The notes beneath the pieces were generated by a model. It was not told the origin of the DNA. It ran no database searches and saw only the letters and a program-made list of their open reading frames with translations. The translations under genes and the position numbers were made by a program. A DNA stretch of 28,898 nt, taken from positions 1 through 28,898 of the forward strand of contig JAVKIJ010000038.1 of assembly GCA_031459535.1 (NCBI GenBank). Direction: 5' to 3'. This document shows positions 1 to 8,744 of the stretch, in pieces. This DNA comes from Candidatus Fervidifonticultor quintus. GTDB lineage: Bacteria > Sysuimicrobiota > Sysuimicrobiia > Sysuimicrobiales > Humicultoraceae. Numbering within the stretch: the stretch's first letter is position 1; the number at the start of each line of letters is the position of its first letter.

Positions 1-42
1 GTAGTGCACCCGGTCGGCGGGGAAGTAGTGTGTCCGTGCCAT
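1..42 (-). CDS. 5' end of a gene running off the window (MARTHYFPADRVHY...), possibly acetamidase/formamidase family
   Basis: ATG at 42-40 preceded by a strong SD (AAGGAGGAG, minus strand). Only 14 codons are visible, so the family guess is weak. Confidence 0.5.
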   Translation of the reverse strand, partial: MARTHYFPADRVHY

Positions 43-105
43 CGGTCTCCTCCTTGACGCGAGTGTCCCCGAGGCGGGCCGAGCACCCGCCCGGGCTGTC
101 GTGCG

Positions 106-1557
106 CTACTCGCCCTGGCCGAGCGAGTAGCCGCGCTCGCCGTCGAACGTGTAGAGGTTCTCGGTCTTGATGAAGTCCAGGCCGGCATCTGCCGCCCGCT
201 GCACCAGGGCCGCGATCTGCCCATGCGAGATGGGGCTCTGCCCGTCGGGCGAGAGGAACCGGCAGGCCCAGTGGTCCACGCAGAACGTGCCGGGATCGCC
301 GTCCGGGTAGACCTGGACGCCCCGGTTCATGATCGAGCTCAGCCGCAGGCCCTGGGGGGCCAGCGCAACGACCCGTCGGGCGAGCTGCTCGGCGCCGCCG
401 TCGGTCCAGTGGAAGAACACGTCCACGCCCACGAGCGCCTTGCGGGGTTGCGTGCGCCGGACCGGCGCGGCCGCCAGGGTCTGCTTGGGGGCCGAGGCGT
501 AACTGGCAGGCGTCAGACGCTCGGGGCGCTGCCCCAGCCGGGCGACCACGGCGGCGGCGAACTCCCGGGTGCCCACCTTCTGCCTGCTAACACCCTCCTC
601 ATAGATGTCGTAGGTGTGGATGCCGTCCTCGATGGTCCTAAGCCACGCGTTGTGGACGCGCTCGGCGACATCGGGCTGGTCAATGTGGACCAACATCATG
701 ACCGCGGCCAGCAGCAGCCCCGACGGGTTGGCCAGATTCTGGCCCGCGCGCCGGGGCGCCGAGCCGTGGATCGCCTCGAACATGGCCGCGTGGTCGCCGA
801 TATTGGCGGAGCCGGCCAGCCCCACCGAGCCCGCGATCTGCGCCGCCACGTCCGAGAGGATGTCGCCATAGAGATTGGGCAGGACCACCACGTCGAACGC
901 CTCAGGTGTATCGGCCAGCTTGGCCGCGCCGATGTCCACGATCCAGTGCTCCTGCTCGATGGTCGGGTACTGGGCGCCGATCTCGTCGAAAATCTTGTGG
1001 AACAGGCCGTCGGTCATCTTCATGATGTTGTCTTTGGTGAAGCAGGTGACCTTCTTGCGGTTGTTGCGGACCGCGTACTCGAACGCGTAGCGCACGATCT
1101 TCTCGGTGCCGGGCCGGGTGATGAGCTTGAGGCACTGCATCACGTCCGCGGACTGACGGTGCTCGATGCCGGCATAGGTGTCCTCTTCGTTCTCGCGGAC
1201 GATGACCACGTTCATGTTGGGGTGCTTGGTGGTCACGAAGGGGTGGTAGGAGACGCACGGGCGGACGTTGGCATACAGCCCCAGCCGCTTGCGGGTGGTG
1301 ACGTTGAGGCTCTTGTACCCGCCGCCCTGCGGCGTCGTAATCGGCGCCTTCAGGAAGACCTTCGTCCGGTGCAATGACTCCCAGGCGGACGGGTCTATGC
1401 CGGTGGTGATGCCAGAGCGGTAGACCTTCTCGCCCACCTCGATGGTCTCGATCTCCAGGCGCGCACCGGCCTCCTTGAGGATGTGCAACGTGGCGGCCAT
1501 GATCTCGGGTCCAATGCCGTCCCCGTAGGCCACCGTGATCGGGGTGTTGGTGCCCAT
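106..1557 (-). CDS. icd: NADP-dependent isocitrate dehydrogenase (long form with C-terminal extension)
   Basis: GDGIGPEI, KAPITTP, SLNV, RENEED, KDNIMK, NLYGDILSD and FEAIHGSAP motifs, with a C-terminal ...GYSLGQGE tail. Confidence 0.95.
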   Translation of the reverse strand: MGTNTPITVAYGDGIGPEIMAATLHILKEAGARLEIETIEVGEKVYRSGITTGIDPSAWESLHRTKVFLKAPITTPQGGGYKSLNVTTRKRLGLYANVRPCVSYHPFVTTKHPNMNVVIVRENEEDTYAGIEHRQSADVMQCLKLITRPGTEKIVRYAFEYAVRNNRKKVTCFTKDNIMKMTDGLFHKIFDEIGAQYPTIEQEHWIVDIGAAKLADTPEAFDVVVLPNLYGDILSDVAAQIAGSVGLAGSANIGDHAAMFEAIHGSAPRRAGQNLANPSGLLLAAVMMLVHIDQPDVAERVHNAWLRTIEDGIHTYDIYEEGVSRQKVGTREFAAAVVARLGQRPERLTPASYASAPKQTLAAAPVRRTQPRKALVGVDVFFHWTDGGAEQLARRVVALAPQGLRLSSIMNRGVQVYPDGDPGTFCVDHWACRFLSPDGQSPISHGQIAALVQRAADAGLDFIKTENLYTFDGERGYSLGQGE

Positions 1558-1626
1558 TGCGCGTCACGCTCCACGAACGGGATGGGGTGAGTTTCGCGGT
1601 GACCGCCGCGGGAGCCTGCCGCATCG

Positions 1627-1655
1627 TTGACGGCCGGCGCGGGGTGCGCTATTCT
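1627..1655 (+). promoter_or_regulatory. sigma70-type promoter of csoR-copA-copZ
   Basis: TTGACG (1627-1632), 17 bp spacer, TATTCT (1650-1655). Confidence 0.7.
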
Positions 1656-1665
1656 GTCCGGGAGA

Positions 1666-1687
1666 TCCCTCCCCCTATGGGGGGGGA
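1666..1687. promoter_or_regulatory. Probable CsoR operator (C-tract/G-tract pseudo-palindrome)
   Basis: TCCCTCCCCCTATGGGGGGGGA lies between the -10 and the csoR start. G/C-tract palindromes typify CsoR operators. Confidence 0.6.
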
Positions 1688-1706
1688 CGAGGGAGGGGGG
1701 AGTGCG

Positions 1707-2015
1707 GTGCAGACCTCCCAGGTGAGGGTGCAGCACGGGTCGGCCGAGAAGCGGCAGAAGATCCTCGCGCGCCTGCGCAGCGTCAGCGGCCACGTGCGCG
1801 GCGTGGAGCGCATGGTGGAAGACGGCGCCTACTGCGTGGACATCATGAAGCAGGTCCTGGCCGTCCAGCGCGCGCTGGACCGCATCAACGCCATGCTGCT
1901 CGAAGACCATCTGGAGCACTGCGCGACCACGGCCATCCGGTCCAGCGATCCCAACGAGCGGGAACGCACCATCGCCGAGCTGCTCGAGGTCTTCGAGATG
2001 TCCAGCAAGCTATAG
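1707..2015 (+). CDS. csoR: Copper-sensing repressor CsoR
   Basis: [22 protein letters not shown] and EDHLEHC give the Cys-His-Cys Cu(I) ligand set. GTG start after GGAG, directly upstream of copA. Confidence 0.9.
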   Translation: MQTSQVRVQHGSAEKRQKILARLRSVSGHVRGVERMVEDGAYCVDIMKQVLAVQRALDRINAMLLEDHLEHCATTAIRSSDPNERERTIAELLEVFEMSSKL

Positions 2016-2022
2016 GGCGCCC

Positions 2023-4479
2023 GTGACCACCGCCACACGCACCAAGCGGATCGAACTGCCGGTCGCAGGGATGTCGTGCGCCTCCTGCGTGGCCCGGGTG
2101 GAGCACGGGCTGCAGAGCACCCCGGGCGTGGCTCAGGCGCAGGTGAACTTCGCCGCGGAGCGGGCGGCGGTGACCTTCGACCCCGGCCGGATCAGCGTCA
2201 AGGACCTGATCGCCGCGGTCCACGGCGCCGGCTACCAGGTGCCCCACGAGAAGGTGACTATCCCCATTGTGGGCATGTCGTGCGCGTCGTGCGTCGAGCG
2301 GGTCGAGCACGCCCTGCGGGCGCTTGACGGCGTGGTCGAAGCGTCGGTCAACCTGGCGACCGAGCAGGCCACGGTGGAGTACGTGCCCGGCCTGGTCGGT
2401 CCCGACGACCTGCGGCGGGCCGTGCGCGCAGCCGGCTACGAGGCCCCTGTCGGCGAGGAGCCCACGGTTGACCGGGAGGCCGCCCGCCGGGCAAGGGAGT
2501 TGCGCTCACTCCGGCGGCGGTTGGTCGGGGCGGCCCTGCTGAGCCTGCCGCTGCTGTGGGGCAGCCTGCCCCACATGGGCCTGAGGATCTTGGCGCCGGC
2601 GTTCCTGCACGACTGGACCGTGCAGTTCCTGCTGGCCACACCGGTACAGTTCTGGGCCGGCTGGCGGTTCTACCGCGGCGCGTGGGCCGCCCTGCGCCAC
2701 GGGGCCGCGGACATGAACACGCTAATCGCCACCGGGACGTCAGCCGCGTATCTGTACAGCGCCGCGGCGACGTTCGCGCCCGGCTGGTTCGCCACTGGCG
2801 GCGTGCGGCCGTCGGTCTACTACGAGACCGCGGCGATCATCATCCTGTTCATCCTGCTCGGCCGCTACCTCGAGGCGCTCGCCAAGGGGCGCACCAGCGA
2901 CGCCATCCGGCGCCTTGTGGGCCTGCAGGCGAGGACCGCCAGGGTCATTCGTGACGGCACTGAGAGGGAGGTGCCGACAGACGCTGTCGTGCCAGACGAC
3001 ATCGTGGTCGTACGGCCCGGCGAGAAGATCCCGGTGGACGGGGTGGTCACCGAGGGGTTCTCGACCGTGGACGAGTCCATGATCACCGGCGAGTCGATGC
3101 CGGTCGAGAAGGGCCCGGGGTCTGCGGTCATCGGCGCGACCTTGAACAGGACCGGCACCTTCAGGTTCCGCGCGACCAAAGTGGGGCGCGAGACGACCCT
3201 GGCGCAGATCATCCGCCTGGTGGAGGAGGCGCAGGGGACCAAGGCCCCGATCCAGCGCCTGGCGGACCGGGTCGCCGCGTACTTCGTCCCCGCCGTGATC
3301 GGCATCGCCCTGCTCACGGCGGCCGTCTGGTACTGGTTTGGGCCCCAACCCGCTGCGACCTACGCCCTGCTCAACTTCGTCGCGGTGTTGATCATCGCGT
3401 GTCCCTGTGCGCTGGGCCTGGCGACCCACACGGCCATCATGGTGGGCACCGGACGGGGCGCCGAGGCAGGCATCCTGATCCGCGGCGGCGACGCGCTGGA
3501 GGTCGCGCACAAGATCACGGCAGTCGTGCTGGACAAGACCGGCACGCTGACCCGCGGCCGGCCCGCGGTCACCGACGTCGTACCCGCAGCCGGGTTCGAC
3601 GAGGAGACGTTGCTGCGGTTGGTCGCGTCGGCAGAACGAGGCTCGGAACACCCGATCGGCGAGGCCATCGTGGCTCGGGCGCAGGCCGCCGGGCTGCGGC
3701 TCGCCGAGCCGACGGCGTTCGAGGCGGTGCCGGGCCAGGGCGTCCGGGCCCTCGTGGATGGTCGCACGGTCCTGGTCGGCAACGATGCCCTCATGGCGCT
3801 CCACGGGGTGAGGCTCGACGGCCTGGGGGCTCAGGCGGATGCACTCGCCGCCGCAGGGAAGACACCCATGCTGGCTGCGGTGGATGGCTGGCCGGCGGGC
3901 CTCATCGCCGTGGCCGACACGCTGAAGCCATACAGTCGGGAGGTTGTCGCGGCCCTGCAGAAGATGGGCCTGCTCGTGGTCATGCTCACCGGCGACAACC
4001 GGCGCACGGCCGACGCCATTGCCAGGCAGGTCGGCGTGGACCGGGTGGTCGCCGAGGTGAAGCCCGCGGAGAAAGCAGCGCAGGTCGAAGCCCTGCAGCG
4101 CGAGGGCCACGTGGTCGCCATGGTGGGCGATGGCATCAACGACGCGCCGGCGCTGATGCGAGCCGACCTCGGTATCGCCATCGGCGCTGGCACCGACGTC
4201 GCCATCGAGTCCGCGGGCATCGTGCTGATCGGCGAGGACCTGCGCGGGGTGCTGGCGGCCATCGCGTTGAGCCGGCGCACGATGCGGACCATCCGGCAGA
4301 ACCTCTTCTGGGCCTTCGCCTACAACGTGGCGCTGATTCCGGTCGCGGCGGGTGCGCTCTATCCGTTGGCGGGCGTGCTGCTCAGCCCGGTGCTGGCCGC
4401 GCTGGCGATGGCGGCCAGTTCGGTCACCGTGGTGAGCAACAGCCTGCGGTTGCGGTCGTACCGGCCGGCGACGATCTGA
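2023..4479 (+). CDS. copA: Cu(I)-exporting P1B-1 ATPase
   Basis: Two GMSCASC HMA domains, plus [26 protein letters not shown] and MxxSS. Confidence 0.97.
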   Translation: MTTATRTKRIELPVAGMSCASCVARVEHGLQSTPGVAQAQVNFAAERAAVTFDPGRISVKDLIAAVHGAGYQVPHEKVTIPIVGMSCASCVERVEHALRALDGVVEASVNLATEQATVEYVPGLVGPDDLRRAVRAAGYEAPVGEEPTVDREAARRARELRSLRRRLVGAALLSLPLLWGSLPHMGLRILAPAFLHDWTVQFLLATPVQFWAGWRFYRGAWAALRHGAADMNTLIATGTSAAYLYSAAATFAPGWFATGGVRPSVYYETAAIIILFILLGRYLEALAKGRTSDAIRRLVGLQARTARVIRDGTEREVPTDAVVPDDIVVVRPGEKIPVDGVVTEGFSTVDESMITGESMPVEKGPGSAVIGATLNRTGTFRFRATKVGRETTLAQIIRLVEEAQGTKAPIQRLADRVAAYFVPAVIGIALLTAAVWYWFGPQPAATYALLNFVAVLIIACPCALGLATHTAIMVGTGRGAEAGILIRGGDALEVAHKITAVVLDKTGTLTRGRPAVTDVVPAAGFDEETLLRLVASAERGSEHPIGEAIVARAQAAGLRLAEPTAFEAVPGQGVRALVDGRTVLVGNDALMALHGVRLDGLGAQADALAAAGKTPMLAAVDGWPAGLIAVADTLKPYSREVVAALQKMGLLVVMLTGDNRRTADAIARQVGVDRVVAEVKPAEKAAQVEALQREGHVVAMVGDGINDAPALMRADLGIAIGAGTDVAIESAGIVLIGEDLRGVLAAIALSRRTMRTIRQNLFWAFAYNVALIPVAAGALYPLAGVLLSPVLAALAMAASSVTVVSNSLRLRSYRPATI

Positions 4480-4517
4480 TCCGGGGGCGCCAGGCCAGAA
4501 CGAGAGGAGGACGAAGC

Positions 4518-4724
4518 GTGATCACCAAGATCTTCAACGTGCCCAAGATTCACTGCGACGGGTGCGAGCGCACGATTCACGGAGCGCTCACCAAGTTGCC
4601 CGGGGTCTCGAAGGTGGAGCCGAGCGCACTGACAAAGAAGGTGCTCGTGGAGTTCAACCCCGCGGCCGTGGACGAGGCGCGGATCCGGGAGGCGCTCAAG
4701 GCGGCAGGGTATCCCGCCGCCTAG
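4518..4724 (+). CDS. copZ: Copper chaperone (HMA domain), 68 aa
   Basis: GTG after GAGGAGG, IHCDGC motif, ends AGYPAA. It is the C-terminal part of the long spurious ORF 3399..4724. Confidence 0.88.
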   Translation: MITKIFNVPKIHCDGCERTIHGALTKLPGVSKVEPSALTKKVLVEFNPAAVDEARIREALKAAGYPAA

Positions 4725-4730
4725 GCTCCC

Positions 4731-5273
4731 ATGGAACGGCGTGTCGCGCTGCTGGGGGGTCTCGCGGTCTTCCTGGCGCTGATCGCGTTCGTCACGCTCC
4801 ACGCCAACCGACCGTCTTCACTGACCGTGGCCATCGCCCGAGGCCAGACCCCCGCGGCGCCGGAATTCGCGCTCCCCCGCCTCGACGCCGACGGCACGCT
4901 GAGCCTCTCGTCCCTGCGCGGCAGGGTGGTGGTCATAAACTTCTGGTCGTCCTGGTGCGTCCCGTGCAGAGACGAAGCCCCGGCGCTCGAGGCCTCGTGG
5001 CAGCGGTACCGGGAGCGGGGCGTAGTGTTCGTGGGCGTCAACGTCCAGGACCTGGTCCCCCAGGCGATGAAGTTCCTGGCGGAGACCGGGGCGACCTACC
5101 CCAACGTGCGCGACAAGGACAACAGCGTGTACCGGGCCTACGGCCTCACCGGTGTCCCAGAGACCTTCTTCGTGGACCGCGGGGGCCGGATCGTCAAGAA
5201 GTTCCCCGGGGTCGTAACCGATCCCCGCCAGTGGGCGCAGGCGATCGAAGAGGTCCTCAGCGCCAGTCCGTGA
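4731..5273 (+). CDS. Membrane-anchored TlpA/ResA-family thiol-disulfide oxidoreductase
   Basis: N-terminal TM segment, NFWSSWCVPC (CxxC), GVPETFFVD cis-Pro loop. Confidence 0.9.
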   Translation: MERRVALLGGLAVFLALIAFVTLHANRPSSLTVAIARGQTPAAPEFALPRLDADGTLSLSSLRGRVVVINFWSSWCVPCRDEAPALEASWQRYRERGVVFVGVNVQDLVPQAMKFLAETGATYPNVRDKDNSVYRAYGLTGVPETFFVDRGGRIVKKFPGVVTDPRQWAQAIEEVLSASP

Positions 5274-5301
5274 CGTCGCGGCAGGGACGAGCGGTCAGGG
5301 A

Positions 5302-5622
5302 CTAGCGCAGGATCAGGAGGGCCTGCTGCAGCTTCGCCAGCGCCGCCTTGACTCGCGCGGCGTCCCCAAACGCGGACTCCAGACAGTGCTCCAGTCCGGC
5401 GGTGAGCAGGCCGACGGCCACGCCGTCCAGGGCCGCGTGCACCGCCGCAAGCTGCTGGGTGATCTCCGTGCAGTCCCGCTGCTCGCGCAGCATCCGCTGC
5501 AGCCCCTTGATCTGTCCCTCGATGCGCCTCAGCCGGCCGATCAGGCTCTCCCGCTCCCGCTCGTCGAGCCGGAGTTCTGGGGCCACCTCCTGCGTCCTGG
5601 TGACCGTACGTGGCGGCGTCAT
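5302..5622 (-). CDS. CsoR/RcnR-family repressor, CstR-like (two Cys, no Cu-ligand His)
   Basis: RLRRIEGQIKGLQRML, RDCTEI and TAGLEHC. Gly replaces the His found in csoR. Divergent from dsrE/tusA genes. Confidence 0.85.
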   Translation of the reverse strand: MTPPRTVTRTQEVAPELRLDERERESLIGRLRRIEGQIKGLQRMLREQRDCTEITQQLAAVHAALDGVAVGLLTAGLEHCLESAFGDAARVKAALAKLQQALLILR

Positions 5623-5628
5623 CGCGAC

Positions 5629-5645
5629 ATACCCCCAGCTAGTAT
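5629..5645. promoter_or_regulatory. CsoR/CstR-family operator box 1
   Basis: ATAC-CCCCAGCTA-GTAT inverted repeat with a C-tract. It overlaps a minus-strand TATACT (5641-5646) upstream of the repressor. Confidence 0.65.
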
Positions 5646-5707
5646 ATGACAGGAGGCCCACGCGGGCATCGGGTCCGCACCCGAGTTCATCTCGGTATCC
5701 GGCCCGA

Positions 5708-5736
5708 TTGCGCGGTGCGTCTGGCGCCTATACCGT
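5708..5736 (+). promoter_or_regulatory. Putative promoter of the dsrE-tusA operon
   Basis: TTGCGC, 17 bp spacer, TACCGT, just upstream of operator box 2. Confidence 0.4.
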
Positions 5737-5745
5737 GAGCATGGG

Positions 5746-5760
5746 TACCTCTGGGGGGTA
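5746..5760. promoter_or_regulatory. CsoR/CstR-family operator box 2
   Basis: TACC-TCTGGGG-GGTA, with the same TAC-N9-GTA geometry and G-tract as box 1 read on the opposite strand. Confidence 0.65.
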
Positions 5761-5786
5761 GGGGTACGACCGTCGAGGTGAGCACC

Positions 5787-6266
5787 ATGGCGACCGACCA
5801 GAAGAAGTTGTCCATGATCGTCTTCAGCGGCGACATGGACAAGGTGATGGCGGCGTTCATTATCGCCACCGGCGCCGCCGCCGCCGGCATGGAGGTGATC
5901 ATGTTCTTCACCTTCTGGGGGCTCAACGCCATCCGGATCGGCAGGCCGACCGGGAAGGGGCCCTTTGGCCGTCTGCTGGGCCTGCTCAACCGCGGCGGCA
6001 TCGAGCGCATCGGCCCCTCGCGGTTCAATTTCGGCGGCGTTGGCCGGTGGATGTTCAAGGTCATGATGCGCCAGCACCAGGTGACCCCGCTCCCGGAGCT
6101 GCGCCAGATGGCGATCGACCTGGGCGTCAAGCTCCTGCCCTGCGGCATGAGCATGGATGTCATGGAGATCGGCCGCGAGGACCTGATTCGCGAAGCCGCC
6201 GAACCCGTGGGGGTGGCCACCTTCATCGAGCACGCCCAGCAGTCACAGACCACCCTGTTCATCTAA
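5787..6266 (+). CDS. DsrE/DsrF/DrsH-like (DsrE2) sulfur carrier
   Basis: KKLSMIVFSGDMDK, MFFTFWGL, conserved Cys in LLPCGMSMDVM, GVATFI...TLFI. SD GAGGTG. Confidence 0.9.
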   Translation: MATDQKKLSMIVFSGDMDKVMAAFIIATGAAAAGMEVIMFFTFWGLNAIRIGRPTGKGPFGRLLGLLNRGGIERIGPSRFNFGGVGRWMFKVMMRQHQVTPLPELRQMAIDLGVKLLPCGMSMDVMEIGREDLIREAAEPVGVATFIEHAQQSQTTLFI

Positions 6267-6280
6267 GGAGGATCCATCCC

Positions 6281-6529
6281 ATGAGCACGCAGAGCCCGCA
6301 GGCACCGGCCCTCACCCTGGACCTCAAGGGGTTGCTGTGCCCGTTGCCCGTCGTGAAGATCGCCCAGGCGATCAAGAAGGTCAACGTCGGCGAGGTGGTC
6401 GAGGCCACGGCGACTGACCCCGGCGTCCTAGCCGACATCCCGGCCTGGGCCCGCACGAGCGGCAACGAGGTGGTGAGCATGGAGCGGCAGGACAAGGTCA
6501 TCCGCTTCGTGGTCCGGCGGGTGAAGTAG
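6281..6529 (+). CDS. tusA: TusA/SirA-family sulfurtransferase
   Basis: LDLKGLLCPLP motif, ATDPG..DIPAWA. SD AAGGAGG. Confidence 0.92.
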   Translation: MSTQSPQAPALTLDLKGLLCPLPVVKIAQAIKKVNVGEVVEATATDPGVLADIPAWARTSGNEVVSMERQDKVIRFVVRRVK

Positions 6530-6531
6530 GG

Positions 6532-7182
6532 ATGCTCGCGCTCGCTGCCGCTCAGCTCGTGACCCTGGTCGGTCTCGTGGTCGGGGTGGGGGGACTAGTG
6601 GGCAGGTGGTCCGAGTTGCGCCGTCGGCCCTGTCCGACAGACAGGGCGCCGGCCAGGGGCGACCCGACGCGAGGTGTCCTCTATGCCTTCACGCTGGGGA
6701 TGGCCCCATGGTCCAAAGAGAGCACCCGCATCCACTGGGCGGCGTACCTGCGCGGTGCGGGCTTTCACGTCGCGGTCTTTGTGGCGCTGGCGGCGCTGGC
6801 GGCCAGACCGGCGTGGCCGGCATTGAGCCCAGCGGTGCGCGCCGCGCTGGCGGTCGTGCTGGCTGCGGGCGCGGCGCTGGCAGCCGTGGGATCGCTGCTG
6901 CGGGTGCACGAGCCCAATCTCCGCGCGCTGAGCAACCTGGACGATCACCTGTCGGTCTGGCTGGTGGCCGCGTTCCTGGCGCTGACCGGGCTCGCGCTGT
7001 GGGATGCCCGCTTTGCCGTGCTTATGTACCTGGCCGCCGGACTGCTGTTCGCCTACATCCCCCTGGGCAAGATCCGCCACTGCCTGTACTTCTTCTTCGG
7101 CCGGCGCTTCTTCGGCCGGTTTGCCGGTCGTCGCGGCGTGCTGCCGCACCCTACCCCGCCAATCGTGGAAGGTGTCCGATGA
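6532..7182 (+). CDS. NarI/DsrM/HdrE-like membrane subunit (probable cytochrome b anchor)
   Basis: About 5 hydrophobic segments, GFH and YIPLGKIRH (cf. the PFSKLxH motif). Its stop overlaps the start of the FeS gene (ATGA). Confidence 0.7.
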   Translation: MLALAAAQLVTLVGLVVGVGGLVGRWSELRRRPCPTDRAPARGDPTRGVLYAFTLGMAPWSKESTRIHWAAYLRGAGFHVAVFVALAALAARPAWPALSPAVRAALAVVLAAGAALAAVGSLLRVHEPNLRALSNLDDHLSVWLVAAFLALTGLALWDARFAVLMYLAAGLLFAYIPLGKIRHCLYFFFGRRFFGRFAGRRGVLPHPTPPIVEGVR

Positions 7183-8516
7183 GCGAGCGCGTCGAGGTAG
7201 CCCTGAAGGTCCTGGAGGACCAGCTCAACCAGCCGCTGCAAACCGCCCTTGAGGTCTGTGCCCGGTGCGGGATCTGCGCTGAGGCCTGCCACTACTACCG
7301 TGCAGATCCACGACCGGAGCATGTGCCCGGGTACCGGGGCGAGGCCCTCCGGCGCGTCTATCGCCGCGAACACGACTTCCTCAGCCGCCTCTTCCCCGGC
7401 TGGACGCGCGCCCAGAAGCTGGACGAGCAGACGCTGGCCTCGCTGGCCGAGATGGCCTTCAGCCAGTGCACCCTGTGCCGGCGGTGCTCCTTCAACTGTC
7501 CGCTGGGCTGCGATCTCCCGCTGATGATGCGAGCGGTGCGGGCCATGGCGACGGCCACCGGCACCGCGCCCGAGACGCTGGTGATGCTGGCCGACGCGGC
7601 CATCGAGCAGGGCAAGGATCCCGAGATGTACCGCGAGATGTTTCTGGAGAGCATCCGCGAGACCGAAGAACAGCTCCGGCGGGCCACCGGCGATCCCAAC
7701 GCGCGGATCCCGGTGGAGGAGAAGGGCGCGAAGATCCTCTACGTGCCGCTGGCCGGTACGCACAGCATCCTGCCGCCCGCGATTATCTTCCACGCCGCGG
7801 GGGAGTCCTGGACGCTCAGCCTCTTCCAGGCGTCCAACTACGGCATCTTCCTGGGAGACCTGCGGCGGGCCAAGGAGATTGCGCGGCGGATCGTGGACGA
7901 GGCCAAGCGGCTGGGGGTGCAGCAGATCGTCCTGGCCGAGTGCGGGCACGCCTATGCGGTCTACCGCTGGGAGGCGCCCAACTGGTTCGGCCCGGACTAC
8001 ACGTTCGAAGTCCGCAGCATCGTCGAGGTCATGGCGCAGTACATCCGCGAGGGGCGCCTGCGCCTGGACCCCACCGCGAACAGCGAGCCGATCGCCTACC
8101 ACGATTCGTGCAACCTGGGGCGCGGGGGCGGGCTCTTCGAGGAGCCCCGTCTCGTGCTGCGCGCGGTGGCGACAGACGTCCGCGAGATGACGCCGAACCG
8201 GGAGCAGGCCTATTGCTGCGGGGGCGGCGGTGGGCTCGTCGCGCTCCCCGAGTACGAGGAACGGCGGTTGCGGGCGGGCAAGCCGAAGGCCGAGCAGATC
8301 CGCCAGACCGGTGCCCGGATCGTGGCCGCGGCCTGCGAGAACTGCCGGCTGCAGATCGGCGAGCTCAGTGTGCACTACGGGCTGGCGGTGGGCGTCTCGT
8401 CACTGGCGGACCTGGTCGTGCGGGCGATGCGGCTGCCGGGGCCGTTGCCGGACGATATGAGCGGTGCGTCATCCGCCGAGCGTACCCAGGAGGCGGAACC
8501 CGTCGCTGTCGGCTGA
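7179..8516 (+). CDS. DsrK/TmcB/HdrD-like FeS protein (2x[4Fe-4S] plus CCG domain)
   Basis: CARCGICAEAC, CTLCRRCSFNCP, ECGH, YHDSCN, YCCGGGGG and ACENC. Confidence 0.88.
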   Translation: MSERVEVALKVLEDQLNQPLQTALEVCARCGICAEACHYYRADPRPEHVPGYRGEALRRVYRREHDFLSRLFPGWTRAQKLDEQTLASLAEMAFSQCTLCRRCSFNCPLGCDLPLMMRAVRAMATATGTAPETLVMLADAAIEQGKDPEMYREMFLESIRETEEQLRRATGDPNARIPVEEKGAKILYVPLAGTHSILPPAIIFHAAGESWTLSLFQASNYGIFLGDLRRAKEIARRIVDEAKRLGVQQIVLAECGHAYAVYRWEAPNWFGPDYTFEVRSIVEVMAQYIREGRLRLDPTANSEPIAYHDSCNLGRGGGLFEEPRLVLRAVATDVREMTPNREQAYCCGGGGGLVALPEYEERRLRAGKPKAEQIRQTGARIVAAACENCRLQIGELSVHYGLAVGVSSLADLVVRAMRLPGPLPDDMSGASSAERTQEAEPVAVG

Positions 8517-8541
8517 GGGCCAGGCTGCTCCGGCGGTGGGC

Positions 8542-8618
8542 TGGCGCGCCCGGAGGGATTCGAACCCCCGACCTACAGATTCGAAGTCTGCCGCTCTATC
8601 CACCTGAGCTACGGGCGC
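8542..8618 (-). tRNA. tRNA-Arg(TCG)
   Basis: GCGCCCG acceptor stem, anticodon arm GCAGA-CTTCGAA-TCTGT, GTTCGAA T-loop, encoded CCA. TAGAAT -10 at 8638-8633. Confidence 0.97.
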
Positions 8619-8744
8619 ACGTCAACGGAGTTATTCTAGCACGTGGGCCAGCCATCTGGCGCCCGGTCGCCACCCGCGCCCTCCCGCGGGCAGTGCGACG
8701 CGCCCGGCAGGGGACGCCGGAGACGGCGGCGCAGAACTCCACCT

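Noticed and set aside
223-1377. Long antisense or alternative-frame ORFs (also 2740..4110, 7053..8375, 7466..9181, 11444..12514, 21418..23088, 25652..26689)
   Set aside because: Shadows of real genes in high-GC DNA. They are Arg/Pro/Gly-rich, carry no motifs, and some run through tRNAs.
6606-7178. Apparent N-terminal extension or fusion of the FeS protein
   Set aside because: It overlaps the membrane-subunit gene in another frame. The true start is the ATGA overlap at 7179.
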